Assembly: GCF_004010195.1 (NCBI RefSeq)
Contig: NC_057719.1
Location: 36,428,585-36,492,584 of the forward strand
Source of the DNA: Chiloscyllium plagiosum
Lineage: Eukaryota
DNA length: 64,000 nt
Direction of reading: 5' to 3'
Below, one piece after another: positions 40,293-53,766 of the stretch. Position 1 is the first letter of the stretch; every line of letters starts with the position of its first letter. Under the pieces are notes generated by a model that made no database searches, was not told the DNA's origin, and saw only the letters and a list, made by a program, of their open reading frames with translations. Both the position numbers and the translations under genes were made by a program.

Positions 40293-41354
40293 ACTCAGTC
40301 TTGGTCTGAATGATTCCGTTCCTCAGGTATGTATCTGGTAGCTCCTGCCACTGTTCAGCGCCTACATACATTTTGGTCACAGCAAGGCAGAGCAGATTTA
40401 GCAAGCTCGTCTGATGTATCCTCTAGACTATATATAGATCACATTGATGCAGAAAACAAAATAGTTTTCATATCAAATGTGAGTTTGCCGGTTGTTCTTA
40501 CATTGATGATGATTTGTGATTTACAATGCGGCTAAACTCCATTAGCTTGATTATGGAAAGCAGCTCTTGCAGATGATTGATAGGAACTAATAGATTAAGA
40601 AAATTGAACAACAATATGCTCATGTTAAAAATGACATAGCAGACTCAGTTATTGTAAAGGCCTGGAAACAATTTCAGTAAACACTGTCAATTTTCATTTT
40701 ATTAATCTGGTGTGGAGTAATGACTGTCTCCTTTTGGGAATATCCAAGCAATTAGCTGACTAATGCAAATGTAGGAACAATTTTGAGCAGATTGGTAACG
40801 CCTGATTTTGAAATGAAATGGAAAGTTAGCTCATCATCGTTTTTTAAGGTAAAATGTATTTGTTCATTCAGCTAGATATCATGTCAACATAAATTATAGC
40901 CACAAATATATTTTGTACTTATTACTTATGGTTGAAATCTTACATAAGTTCTAATGGGGATCAGTCTGGAATACATGAGTCTATTTCATGTCAGGGGCCT
41001 TTATTTAAATCTAAGGCTAAACTGTTTAGATGCAAATCAATTTTCTCTACCATCTAAACTCATTTCCCCACAATATGAGGACAGCAGAAGAAGATTAAGA
41101 AGAGGGCATTATGTTAGCAACCTCATTGAAGAGACTGTACAAATAATGAGAAGAGTAAAAGGAGAAATTTATTTTGGAGTAACAAGTAGTGTGAAGGCTA
41201 AGGTTAGGGTAGGTAGTTGGAGAAGAGTAAAAACAACATTTAGTGCTCTACCTTTTACAGTCTTTTGAGTAGAAAACTGAGTTTGAAATGTCTCAGCTCT
41301 GTTCCTACTTTGTGAAGTATTGATAAGTTGACTATGATAAGCTATTTGTCAGTG

Positions 41355-41610
41355 TAAGCTATGGCTCAGTTGGTACACTATTTCCTCCATACAATAGAAT
41401 TCTCACTTCAAGCCCACTCTACACCTTGAGTGCTGCACAAGTTTGACAGAACCTAGTGCAGTATAGAAGGAATGCTGTATTGCTGCATGGTATTGTGTTA
41501 AACTCATCTGCCTATTCAGGAGGGTATCAGCATTGCCTTGGCACTAATTCAAAGACAAGCGGGGAAGTTATCCCAGGAATCCTGGGCAGTATCAGAACTA
41601 CAATCAACAA
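41355..41610 (+). mobile_element. Ancient tRNA-derived SINE (Deu/SacSINE-like)
   Basis: tggctcagttggt A box, caagcccactc, and ggggaagttatcccaggaatcctgg. Confidence 0.5.
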
Positions 41611-42420
41611 ATTACCTTGTCACTTTTATATTGTTCAGCACATTCGTAATTTTTAAGAACTTGTTACTTGAGTATAAATATTACTTTGTGATTACAATAC
41701 AACAAAAGCAGAAGCAAAATTTCATTTAGACCAGACAATGGAAACAAAAGGTATACAAAGTTGGGGGGGGGGGGAACATTCAAAATGATTCTGCAGGAAA
41801 ACAGGAGTATTCATTTCCCAAAGTAGACAGAATGGAGGCAGGTGCAGAGGAGGGAGTATGTATCACAACTAACCTTCTCCAGTGGCAAGCCAAGCGTTCC
41901 AATATATTTAAGAAGGCTGCATGCCTCACAGTTAGCTGGAGTTTTACTTTAACAGCATACAAGCCAACTTTTCCAGAGTTCAGAAATCCTAACAGTTGAA
42001 GGGGTACAAGCAGGGCAGTTTCCATAAGATGGATGTCTTTATGGAACTTCTTGAATCCGAAGCAGTGGAGTGCTTCCTCTATGGTGGCCCAAAGGGAATG
42101 TGGTTCCTTCCCTGCAAATGTCAGGACCAATATTTCAGTGATTTAATCAATGGAAGTGGTTCCTTCGGAGACAGTGAAAATTGTTTGTCTTCATTCATTT
42201 CAATGCAATCTAAAGAGATTTCAACAGCAACCATTTGTATTCACATAGCGTCTTTAACAGAATGAAATGCCCCAAGTTACTTCAGAGAAGTGTCACAAAA
42301 TAAAACTTGACACCAAACCATAAAAGAAAGTAAAGTTTGGTCAAAGAAGCAGATTTTAATTAACGTTTTAAAAGAGGAAATGAAGGCAACGAGGGGAACT
42401 CCAGAGCTGAAGGCCATGCC

Positions 42421-43320
42421 AGTTGAATTGATTTTATTTATTGTCATGTGTACTGAAGTACAGTGAAAAGCTTTGTTTATGAGCAGTAGAGGCAGATCAT
42501 AGTAAACAAGGAGGTGCAGTTCAAAAAAACTTAGAAAAAGGCATTGAGGTTACATTGTACAGGGCATGTTCTAGGTGAGATCAACATTAGCAAGATCAGC
42601 ATTATTTGAGGCTAGAGAGTTCACTCATCAGTCTAATAACGGCCAGGAAGAAGCTGTTCCTGAACCTGCTGGTGTGTGTGTGTGTTCAAGCTTCTGTATC
42701 TTCTGCCTGACCGAAGAGGTTGTAGGATATCATTACTGGGGTGGGATGGGTCTCTGATGATGCTGGCAGCCTTTTCGCAACAGTAAGCCATATAAATGGA
42801 GTCCATGAATGGAAGGCTGGCTTCCATGATGGTAGGGGTAGCGCGCACTACCTTCTGTAGTTTCTTACAGTCGAGTAGACCAGTTGCCATACTAGGCCGT
42901 TATGCACTCGGACAGAATGCTTTCAATGGTACATCTGCAGAAATTGGTGAGGGTCTTTACGGACATGCCAAATTTCCTGAGCTACCTGAGGAAGAAAGGG
43001 CATTGTTGTGCCTTCTTGGCCATCTACATGGGAAGTCCAGGACAGATTGTTGGTTATCATCATGCCAATGCTCTCCACCCTCTCAATCTCTGCTCCATTA
43101 ATGTAAATGGGGGCATGTTCTCCTTTTCTCTTTTTGAAGTCAATGATCAATTCTTTAGTTTTGCCAAAGTTGAGAGAGAGGTTGTTCTCATTGCACCATG
43201 TCACCAAGCCCCCTATCTCCCTTCTGTATTTTGACTCGTCATTGTTAGATATCTGTCCTAGAACGGTGGTGTCGTCAGTGAACTTGCAGATGGTATTCAC
43301 GTGAAATTCAGCTACATAGT
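42421..43320 (-). mobile_element. Rex1/Babar-type LINE 3' fragment
   Basis: KFTDDTTVLGQISNNDESKYRREI..WCNENNLSLNFGKTKELIIDF. Tail-only copies at ~25960-26065 and ~35256-35360. Confidence 0.88.
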
Positions 43321-44542
43321 CTAGGGTGCAAGTGAAGGCATAAATTGGAGGAACACAAGTATGTCAGAAGGTATTGGGGCTCCATAGAGGCATAGCTGAA
43401 TTGGGAGCCAATGCAGAATCACATTTGATGATTTAGCAGAAAGTTACTGAAAAGCTACTTTGTCAGTTCCATAAGAAATGTAAAAGTGAAGTAATGGTAA
43501 CTTGACAAATCAATATTTGGTTAAGCACCTAAATAGTTATTTACTACCTTACTTTTAAAGCTTTTAGTTTTATAGTTCCCAATTATGAAAAGCCCAGAAA
43601 TGTGATTGAGAATGCCAAATGTTCACCACCATCTGAATGAAGAATTCTTTCCTCATCTGAGTCTGAAATGGCCTACAGCATGTCCTGACACTGTGGCCCT
43701 TTGCCTGAAACCTCTGGCCATCAATCTGAGGAAGGTTAATGGGAAAGACCACAGACCCATGCCCTGTGCAGGTATAGATGTGAAAGGTCCCTAATCCTGA
43801 TGACCATTGGCCTTGTTTGCTATGCTCCTCCCTGCTCAAGTCTGACCACTTCATTGACACCAACACTTTTGAACACAGAGGCCAGGGAAAGAATAGGCAT
43901 GTTACAAGAAAGAATAATGCTGTCAGTAGGACCCAATACCCTGTATACACCTTCTTCCTTTTGTTTCCAGATACTGCAGCAGGTTCTCAACACAAACATC
44001 ACTCCAAGGTACATCCTGTGGAACTATGAAGTTATGTCTCATGCTGGGGCAGTGATATTCAGAGCTACACAAAGACAAATAACTAGATGTGAGATCAAAA
44101 CAGTATTATTTATTTTAAAACAAATCAAAATAATGTTCAGTGCATTGCCACCTTTACCACCCAAATGGCCTCAATATGCTTTCTTCTTCCTTTCTCTCCC
44201 ATTACATTTCAGGGCTGTACTGTATTCCATAATCGGGGTGGAGGTTCCCTGCTTGGCAGTGGAGTCCTTTGGCCTCAAGATTTCATCGGGTGGTCTCGGG
44301 GCGTTTGTGTCTAAACAGTATAGATGTGCTGAGGTGCATCTTGTCACAGGCAAGTTGCCTGTCCTCCGTATGACCTTCCAAGGGTCAGACATTGGCGGGG
44401 TGGATGTGGAAGGCTTTCTGATATGACCTGAGAGTCGACCTCTGAAGGGCCTGTGTGTGGTTCCACCTCCAGATGAGTGCCTCCTGGCTCTGCCCTGTCT
44501 CCTTGAAGGGGCAGCTGGAGTGTGTACCAGGCTCCCTGGCCC

Positions 44543-45435
44543 ATAAGACATCGGAGCAGAATTAGGTCATTCGGCCCATTGGGTCTGTTCCATCATTTCG
44601 CCATGGCTGATATGTTTCTCAACCATTCTTCTGCCTGCTCCTTGAACACTTGACCTCCTCACTAATCAAGAAATTGTCTATTTCTGTTTTAAAGACACTC
44701 AATGACTTGGTCTTCACAGGCCTCTGCAGAAATAAGCTTCGCAGATTAACTACCTTCTGGTTGAAAACATTCCTCCTCATTTCAGTTGTAAAGGGTCATT
44801 CCTTCACTCTGAGGCTGTACCTTCAGGTTCTAGTCTCTCCTAATCCACTGTATTCAGGCCTCTCACTATTCTGTAAGTTTCAATCAGATCCACCCTCATC
44901 CTTCTAAATTCCTTTGAGTAAAGACCCAGAGTCCTCCACCATTCCTTGTAATGACAAAAACTTTTCATCTCAGGGATCATTCTTGTAAACCTCCTCTGGA
45001 CCCATTCCAATGCCAATACATCCTTCCTTAGATACAGGGCCCAAAACAGCTTATCCAGAACCTTATACAGCTGTAGCAGTACAACTCTGTTCTTATATTC
45101 TTGATTTATCTGCCTTCAGACCCTCCAACTTCCCCAGCACCTTCTTCCTAGTAGTGGCCACCACATCACTTGAAGTTCTGGTGTGCTGGTAAAATCCTCC
45201 AATGTGAAGACTGGTGCAAAGTACCTATTCAGTTCCTCCGCCATTTCTTTGTTCTCCGTTACTATTTCTCCAGCCTCATTTTCCAGCAGTCTGATGTCCA
45301 ATGTTTCCTCGCTCTTGGCTTTTATATATTTCTTAAAAATCTTGCAATCTTCTTTTATATTACTGGCTAGATTACTCTCATATTTCATCTTCTCCCTGTT
45401 ATTGTTTTTTTTTGTTATCCTCTGCTTCCCAATCC
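44543..45435 (-). mobile_element. CR1 fragment with internal deletion
   Basis: 3' tail (ataagacatcggagcagaattagg) joined almost directly to the linker region (ENKEMAEELNRYFAPVFT); RT core absent. Confidence 0.78.
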
Positions 45436-46815
45436 TTTTGTCATCAATACTCACCATTCTGTGGTTCAGTGACTGGGGGGGAGCAGGAATGGGGTGTAGG
45501 AGCATGCTCCTCTCCAGCAGATATAGAGGGGGACAGACGGTCATATCACTCTCTGCACTGCTGCAGCTTGTGTCACATACCTTTCTGTCACTGCTGTTCT
45601 TCCTTGTGCCAGTGGACAAAGTCCCTCTTTGCTGATGCAACAGGATCCCCTCTTGCCTGGTGCTGAGCAGGTACCTGGTCTCAGAGTGTCCTTCAGGAGC
45701 CTGTGGACTGGGGACGTCCTTCCTCAGTTGGCTGGAGAACTGTTACTGTGAGGCCCTTGCCATTTTGTGCTCCCACATTCTCGAACATTCCCCCCAAGGT
45801 ATTAGTATCGAGCTAGTGGGGGAGTAGGAGGCAGCCTTGCTGGTGCTTCCTCTAAAGTCTTGCTGCTCTCACCCCTAAAGGTTCAGAATGTGACTTCTGG
45901 GGGGGCGCAGGCAGTTTTGCTAGAAATGCTGGCAGGATCTGCAAGGCACGAGGGTGAGAAGTTCCATGGCCAGTGGTTAGAAATAGTGTTCAATAAATGA
46001 CACTGACATTAAGGTTACTGTGGATGTTGCAGCGAAAGTGAGTGGCGAAAAATGGTGAGATCATGTGAGACAGTAGGGAGCATTCTTGACTGTGTAGAGT
46101 TAGTGGCATAAGTGATTGCAAAGTGGGTAGTGAGAGTGAGTGAGGAAAGGTGTGAAAGTGACAGAGCATGAGTTTTGTTGGGAGGTGCATACAGCAGCAG
46201 AGAAAAAGTGAGTGTAAAGTAGCAGACAGGAGTGTGTGAAACATACCCCAATGGAGCAGAGAAGGTTATTGGATAATGGATATCCTTCTTTGGATAATGT
46301 TAGTTGCTCCTCTGCACCATGGAGTTGGCACTGATCTGGATGGTGACCTCAGACTAGGCTGCCAGGGCCTAATGACATGGCATCCTTCACTGGTCCTCCA
46401 GGAATAGGACTCCTCTCTGATGCTCCACCCCCTTGACCAGGATCTCAATGTCCTTGTCCAAGAGTTGTGATGTCACCTTCTCCTTCTCAGACTTCTTTGG
46501 GAAATGTTTTTGACCGAGCAGGGTAGTTTCAGAATACCAGCGCCCGTAAGGGTGTAAAGCAGTCTTTAAAGATGGCAGGTGCAAGGAATGCTGGTCTCTC
46601 AGTTGGTATCCACCATGTGGCAACTTGTTCTGGGAAGGGCATTTGGTAAGATGGGGATAGAAATGGACATGAGGGACCACAATAGACTGGGGTAGGTAGT
46701 TAATGAAGCATGTTTAATACAATACACTGAGGCATCTCACTAGGCCTCACAGTCAGAATCACTCTAAAACTCAACAGTGTTCACATTTTGCCAAAAACAG
46801 TACGATTCAGGCCAA
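45436..46815 (-). mobile_element. PIF/Harbinger-type remnant (Myb/SANT-like ORF)
   Basis: The - strand gives LLDKDIEILVKGVEHQRGVLF and, after a frameshift, AWSEVTIQISANS...RS, typical of Harbinger Myb-like DNA-binding proteins. Boundaries approximate. Confidence 0.6.
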
Positions 46816-47073
46816 TATTTTAAGTGTTCCCAGATATATTTGAATTGCTGTAAGTAGTTTAATTTTATTGTAAGTACAATACAATTTGTTTAAATTTTAA
46901 ATAAATTGATTTGAAAATTAATCTCCTGTCAATGTGCATTGTTTTGTGCAGCATTGTTATTTTGTTTAACTCATTATTTTGAAATATGCCTTGCAAATTA
47001 CACATATAAATTTTAAAAAATGTAATTGATCCATCTTGTGCAATATTTAACTGTATTCATGATGTACACACAG

Positions 47074-47181
47074 GTAGAACTACATGAAGAGGAAAAGAGA
47101 AATCTCAGCCATGAAGTCATCACTTTATGCAATCAGCTAATGGAAGCCAAAATAACCATAGATGAATTAACAGAAAACAAT
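47074..47181 (+). CDS. BEGAIN-like gene, 108-nt coding exon
   Basis: cacag acceptor, AAT|gtaagt donor, phase 0/0. VELHEEEKRNLSHEVITLCNQLMEAKITIDELTENN versus BEGAIN GQHYEEEKRALSHEIVALNSHLLEAKVTIDKLSEDN. Confidence 0.93.
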
Positions 47182-47574
47182 GTAAGTAACTGAGAACAAA
47201 TATGTCCCTGAAAACTCACATTCAACAAAAGATAAAACAAAGCAATTGGAATTTTAAACCTTTTCCAGTACTTTATCTATGTGACATTTTGAGGCAATGC
47301 CTGTATATTCAAAGGGAATGTGTGTACACAAAAATTTCACCCCTTAACAGCAGCAGTACCTTTTAAAATCATGTCTGGGAATTCCCCATAATCTGCCTTC
47401 CACCAGCTAAAGGGTAGAGACCCAGCAAGAGATCCACATTGTTACCATTGGTGCTTGATACAGGCAGCCTTCCTGAGTCGGGCAGTGGAGAGGCCAGCAT
47501 TGGGCCTTTCCCTGCAATCAGGATCACTACTGAAACTGTTAGAAGATTAGAGATCACACAGCAACACCATTGAA

Positions 47575-47725
47575 AATAACGTGGAGATGCTGGTGTTGGA
47601 CTGAGGTGGACACTGTCACAAGTCACACAATACTAGGTTGTAGTCCAACAGCTTTATTTGAAATCACAAGCTTTCGGAGCATTGCTCTTTCATCCGCTGA
47701 AGTTGAAGGAAGCTATAGTCATAGG
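47575..47725 (-). mobile_element. Penelope-like terminal region with mutated hammerhead; continues at ~50704-50960
   Basis: The - strand reads CGGATGA-A-AGAGC-AAT-GCTCC-GAAA-GCTT. Confidence 0.6.
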
Positions 47726-47729
47726 ATAT

Positions 47730-50699
47730 TGTAAACCCTCCTGCTTAATTTAAACTGACAACACAGAAAAGATTTATCCCTTGCAGTAACCTGTGAAAAC
47801 TCATGAGGCCAAGAACTACTTAAAGTAAAAATTAACAAATTTATTTACAACTCCTTCCTCTAACCTATCTTTTACCTTCCCTTCGAGAATAGAGTCATAG
47901 AGATGTACAGCATGGAAACAGACCCTTCAGTCCAACCCGTCCATGCTGACCAGATATCCCAACCCAACCTAGTCTCACCTGCCAGCACCCGGCCCATATC
48001 CCTCCAAACCCTTCCTATTCATATACCCATCCAAATGCCTCTTAAATGTTGCAATTGTACCNNNNNNNNNNNNNNNNNNNNNNNNNNNNNNNNNNNNNNN
48101 NNNNNNNNNNNNNNNNNNNNNNNNNNNNNNNNNNNNNNNNNNNNNNNNNNNNNNNNNNNNNNNNNNNNNNNNNNNNNNNNNNNNNNNNNNNNNNNNNNNN
48201 NNNNNNNNNNNNNNNNNNNNNNNNNNNNNNNNNNNNNNNNNNNNNNNNNNNNNNNNNNNNNNNNNNNNNNNNNNNNNNNNNNNNNNNNNNNNNNNNNNNN
48301 NNNNNNNNNNNNNNNNNNNNNNNNNNNNNNNNNNNNNNNNNNNNNNNNNNNNNNNNNNNNNNNNNNNNNNNNNNNNNNNNNNNNNNNNNNNNNNNNNNNN
48401 NNNNNNNNNNNNNNNNNNNNNNNNNNNNNNNNNNNNNNNNNNNNNNNNNNNNNNNNNNNNNNNNNNNNNNNNNNNNNNNNNNNNNNNNNNNNNNNNNNNN
48501 NNNNNNNNNNNNNNNNNNNNNNNNNNNNNNNNNNNNNNNNNNNNNNNNNNNNNNNNNNNNNNNNNNNNNNNNNNNNNNNNNNNNNNNNNNNNNNNNNNNN
48601 NNNNNNNNNNNNNNNNNNNNNNNNNNNNNNNNNNNNNNNNNNNNNNNNNNNNNNNNNNNNNNNNNNNNNNNNNNNNNNNNNNNNNNNNNNNNNNNNNNNN
48701 NNNNNNNNNNNNNNNNNNNNNNNNNNNNNNNNNNNNACCTTTGAGCCAGTTCTGTATCCAAATGGCTAGTTTTCCCTGTATTCCATGAGATCTAACCTTG
48801 CTAATCAGTCTCCCATGGGGAGACTCATTTAGTATCTCCCCCATTTTCTGTGGCTCCACACAAAGGCCGCTTTGCTGATCTTTGAGGGGCCCAATTCTCT
48901 CCCTAGTTACCCTTTTGTCCTTAACATATTTGTAAAAACCCTTTGGGTTCTCCTAATTATATTTGCCAAAGCTATCTCATGTCCCCATTTTGCCCTCCTG
49001 ATTTTCCTCTTAAGTATACTCCTACTTTCTTTATACTCTTTGAAGGATTCACTCGATCTATCCTGTCTATACCTGAAATATGCTTCCTTCTTTTTCTTAA
49101 CCAAACACTCAATTTCTTTAGTCATCCAGCATTCCCTATACCTACTAGCCTTCCCTTTCACCCTGACAGGAATATACTTTCTCTGGATTCTTGTTATCTC
49201 ATTTCTGAAGGCTTCTCATTTTCTAGCCGTCCCTTTATCTGTGAACATCTGCCTCCAATCAGCTTTCGAAACTTCTTGCCTAATACCGTCAAAATTAGCC
49301 TTTCTCCAATTTAGAACTTCAACTTTTAGATCTGCTCTATCCTTTTTCATCACTATTTTTAAACAAATAGAATTATGGTCACTGGCCCCAAAGTGCTCAC
49401 CCACTGACACCTCAGTCACCTCCGCTGCCTTATTTCCCAAGAGTAGGTCAAGTCTTGCACCTTCTCTAGTAGGTACATCCACATACTGAATCAGAAAATT
49501 GTCTTGTACACACTTAAGAAATTCTTCTCCATCTAAACCTTTCACACTATGGCAGTCTCAGTCGATGTTTGGAAAGTTAAAATCCCCTACCATAACTACC
49601 CTATTATTCTTACAGATAGCAGAGATCTCCTTACAAGTTTGTTTCTCAATTTCCCTCTGACTATTGGGGGGGTCTAAAATACTTTTCCAATAAGGTGATC
49701 ATCCCTTTCTTATTTCTCAGTTCCACCCAAAAAACTTGCCTGGATGTATTTCACAGCTGTAATGCTATCCCTTATCAAAAATGCCACTCCCCCTCCTCTC
49801 TTGCCTCCCTTTCTATCCTTCCTGTAGCATTTGTATCCTGGAACATTAAGTTGCCAGTCCTGCCCACCCCTGAGCCATGTTTCCGTAATTGCTATGATAT
49901 CCCAGTCCCATGTTCCTAACCATGCCCTGAGTTCATCTGCCTTCCCTGTTAGTCCCCTTGTATTGAAATAAATGCAGTTTGATTTATCAGTCCTACCTTG
50001 TCCCTGCCTGCCCTGACTGTTTGACTCACCTCTGTTCTCAGCTGTACCTGTCTCAGAGTCACTTCTACCCCAAAAGAGATTCCAATGATCCAAAAATGTG
50101 AATCCTTCTCCCATACACCAGCTCAGCCATGCATTCATCTGTTCTATCCTCCTATTCCTGCCCTCACTAGCTCGTAGCACTGGGAGTAATCCAGATATTA
50201 TACTAGTCCAATAAAACGCAACTAAAATTTACCAAAATTTCAAGTTTTCAAAACCATACAGTTGTCGAATCTTCTATTTGGATCTTCCTGTGTCTTCTTT
50301 ACTTCTTCTTAGGGATTATGCTTCACAGGTCATGGATCGATAAAGGTACCTTTAAGAGAGTTATTTTTTGGGCAGTCTCCACATGCTGGTGGCTTGGCAG
50401 TTCTTCTCCCAAGTGTTCAATTTTCCATAGTCTTATACCCCCAAAGCATCGGGTTGTGTCATTGGCTTTTAAGATTGTCAGTGTACTAAATTCAAACTTG
50501 ATTGGAATTTGGTATTTTTCGGGGTATAATTTAAACTATCTGGCCTAATTCGAATATGTTTCTGTCTCCAGGCAAATAGCTACGCCAGTAGCTGGACCAC
50601 ATGTTACATTATATCTTATTCAGAACACTTGGTGCTGTCAGGTAGTTCTGCTAGCTTTTAACTCTCCTAAAGGTACAGCACGCCCATATCTTCATAACA
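47730..50699. mobile_element. Solo LTR (47730-~47884 plus ~50199-50699) split by a CR1 insertion
   Basis: TG...CA termini flanked by an ATAT 4-bp TSD (47726-47729 and 50700-50703). Confidence 0.7.
47886..50198 (-). mobile_element. CR1/HER1 LINE with internal deletions, spanning N gap 48062-48736
   Basis: ORF1 end, endonuclease (DIIAITETWL, GASDHN), linker, 3' tail agagtcatagagatgtacagc. Confidence 0.92.
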
Positions 50700-50962
50700 A
50701 TATGTACAGATGGTGAGGAAAAAGAGCAGATGCTGTGGGACTGAACCTCCTTACCAGAGGCCTCGGATCACAGAGCAATGCAGGTAACAGTTAAGTAATG
50801 GCAGGAAGGGCTTCCCGTGATGGTGTGTGTTGGGAGCATTGGCAACAAGGTTGGGAGTGGTTCTCAGTTGACTTCTCTTCCTGATTCCATGTCCTTCAAT
50901 TAGGCAATGACTGCCTTTGGAGGGAGGACCCACCACTGGCTACTGCCACCCCTTTGCTTCAA

Positions 50963-53765
50963 CATAGGCCCCCCAATAGCAGCAGAGATGTGGAGAAACA
51001 GATTGGGAAACAGATTTTGGAAAGGTGCAGAAGCCACAGGGTCGTAGTCATGGGCGACTTCAACTTCCCAAATATTGATTGGAAGCTCTTTAGATCAAGT
51101 AGATTGGATGGGGCGGTGTTTGTGCAGTGTGTCCAGGAAGCTTTTCTAACGCAGTATGTAGATTGTCCAACCAGAGGGGAGGCCATATTGGATTTGGTAC
51201 TCGGTAATGAACCGGGACAAGTGGTGGGCTTGTTAGTGGGTGAACATTTTGGTGATGGTGACCACAATTCTGTGACTTTCACCTTGGTTATGGAGAGAGA
51301 TAGGTGCGCACAACAAGGTAGATTTTATAATTGGGGGAAGGGAAATTACGATGCTGTAAGGCAGGATTTGAGGAGCATACGTTGGGAGCATAGGCTGTCA
51401 GGGAAGGATGTGGTGGAAATGTGGAACTTCTTCAAAGAGCAGATACGACGTGTCCATGATATGTATGTACCTACCAGGCAGGAAAGAAATGGTCGTGTGA
51501 GGGAACCTTGGTTGACAAGGGAGGTTGAATGTCTTGTAAAGAGGAAGAAGGAGGCTTACATAAGGTTGAGGAAACAGGATTCAGACAGAGCAGTGGAGGG
51601 ATACAGGATAGCCAGAAGGGACCTGAAGAAAGGGATAAGGAGAGCTAAGAGAGGGCATGAAAAATCGTTGGCGGATAGGATCAAGGATAACCCCAAGGCA
51701 TTTTATGCGTATATGAGAAACCTGAGAATGACGAGAACGAGGGTAGGTCCGAACAAGGACAGTAGTGGGAGACTGTGTATTGAGACGGAAGAGATAGGAG
51801 AGGTCTTGAACAAGTACTTCTCTTCAGTATTTACGAACGAGAGGGACCGTATTGTAGAAGAGGAGAGTGTGAAATGGACTGGTAAGCTAGAAGAGATACC
51901 TGATGGAAGGAAGATGTGTTGGACATTTTGAACAACTTGAGGAAAGACAAGTCCCCTGGGCCTGACGGGATATATCCTAGGATTATGTGGGAAGCAAGAG
52001 AGGAAAGTGCAGTACCGTTGGCAATGATCTTCTCGTCTCCACTGGCAACTGGCAAGAGACTTGATGAACTTCTGCCCGTTTCTTATCTGCCAATGTGATG
52101 GCCTCCATTTCCTCAATAAGACAACCTTTTTCAGATAATAACATTCAGGGATTCATTCACATTCTTTTTCTGTGTGTGCCTTTTGATACAATTGCTTTAA
52201 ATTTTCTCCTTTTTGCTATAACTCAGCTAATTTATCTGAGCTAAAGATATCTGTATTGTCAGCTATCTGCTCCTCGCTTGTCTCAACCATCTGATCTAAC
52301 AGGGTCTCTGCTAATTCCACTTCATCTTTCTTATCTGTGCTCTTTGATGTCTCCTGTTTAAGCATGTGAATTTGTGACCTTGTTACCACACAGTTCGGAA
52401 AAATCCAGGATATGAGTCTAAGGGAATAGGGATTACCCCGGGAATTACAGGCCTGTTAGTCTTACTTCTGTGGTAGGCAAAGTAATGGAAAGGGTACTGA
52501 GGGATAGGATTTATGAGTATCTGGACAGTCACTGCTTGATTAGGGACAGCCAGCACGGATTTGTGAAGGGTAGGTCTTGCCTTACAAGTCTTATTGAATT
52601 CTTCGAGGAGGTGACCAAGCATGTGGATGAGGGTAGAGCAGTGGATGTAGTGTACATGGATTTTAGTAAGGCATTTGATAAGGTTCCCCATGGTAGGCTT
52701 ATGCGGAAAGTTAGGAGGCATGGGATAGAGGGAAATTTGGCCAATTGGATAGAAAAGTGGCTAACCGGTCGAAGGCAGAGAGTGGTGGTAGATGGTAAAT
52801 ATTCAGCCTGGAGCCCAGTTACAAGTGGAGTTCCGCAGGGATCAGTTCTGGGTCCTCTGCTGTTTGTAATTTTTATTAATGACTTAGATGAGGGAGTCGA
52901 AGGGTGGGTCAGTAAATTTGCAGATGATACGAAGATAGGTGGAGTTGTGGACAGGGAGGGCTGTTGTCGGCTGCAGAGGGACTTAGATATGATGCAGAGC
53001 TGGGCTGAGGAGTGGCAGATGGTGTTCAACCCTGCCAAGTGTGAGGTTGTCCATTTTGAATGCGGAATACAGGGTTAACGGTGGGGTTCTTAGTGAGGTG
53101 GAGGAACAGAGGGAATTTGGGGTCTATGTTCATAGGTCTTTGAAAGTTGCCACTCAGGTGGATAGAGCTATGGTGTTTTAGCGTTCATTAGCAGAGGGAT
53201 TGAATTCAAGAGTCGTGAAGTGATGTTGCAGCTGTACAGGACTTTGGTTAGGCCACAGTTGGATTACTGTGTGCAGTTCTGGTCGCCTCACTTTAGGAGA
53301 GATGTGGAAGCTTTGGAGAGGGTGCAGAGAAGATTTACCAGGATGTTGCCTGGAATGGAGAATAGGTCGTACGAGGATAGGTTGAGAGTTCTCGGCCTTT
53401 TCTCGTTGGAACGGCGAAGGATGAGGGGTGACTTGATAGAGGTTTATAAGATGATCAGGGGAATAGATAGAGTAGACAGTCAGAAACTTTTTCCCCGGGT
53501 ACAACAGAGTGTTACAAGGGGACATAAATTTAAGGTGAAGGGTGGAAGGTATAGGGGAGATGTCAGGGGTGGGTTCTTTACCCAGAGAGTGGTGGGGGCA
53601 TGGAATGCGCTGCCCGTGGGAGTGGTAGAGTCGGAATCATTGGCGACCTTTAAGCGGCATTTGGATAGGTACATGGATGGGTACTTAATCTAGGTTAGAA
53701 GTTCGGCACAACATCGTGGGCCGAAGTGCCTGTTCTGTGCTGTATTGTTCTATGTTCTATGTTCT
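50963..53765 (+). mobile_element. Young CR1 LINE ORF2, interrupted at ~52047-52419
   Basis: Long open segments 50954-51931, 52470-53078 and 53220-53693 ([27 protein letters not shown]); (TTCTATG)n tail. Confidence 0.95.
52047..52419 (-). mobile_element. Internal fragment of a Gypsy (Gmr1-like) LTR element
   Basis: The - strand reads PGFFPNCVVTRSQ...LAEL*QKGENLKQLYQKA...LRKWRP, like the protease-integrase linker of vertebrate Gmr1-type elements. Confidence 0.55.
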
Positions 53766-53766
53766 A

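Noticed and set aside
39884..40404. Repetitive ORFs (GQSEG / GTVRG)
   Set aside because: Translations of a minisatellite; no gene structure, and not a CRISPR array since there are no unique spacers.
43800..44551. 208-aa (+) and 126-aa (-) ORFs
   Set aside because: No recognisable domain; they cross apparent repeat-derived sequence.
47903..48859. Long ORFs of 230-290 aa
   Set aside because: Artefacts of the N gap inside a CR1.
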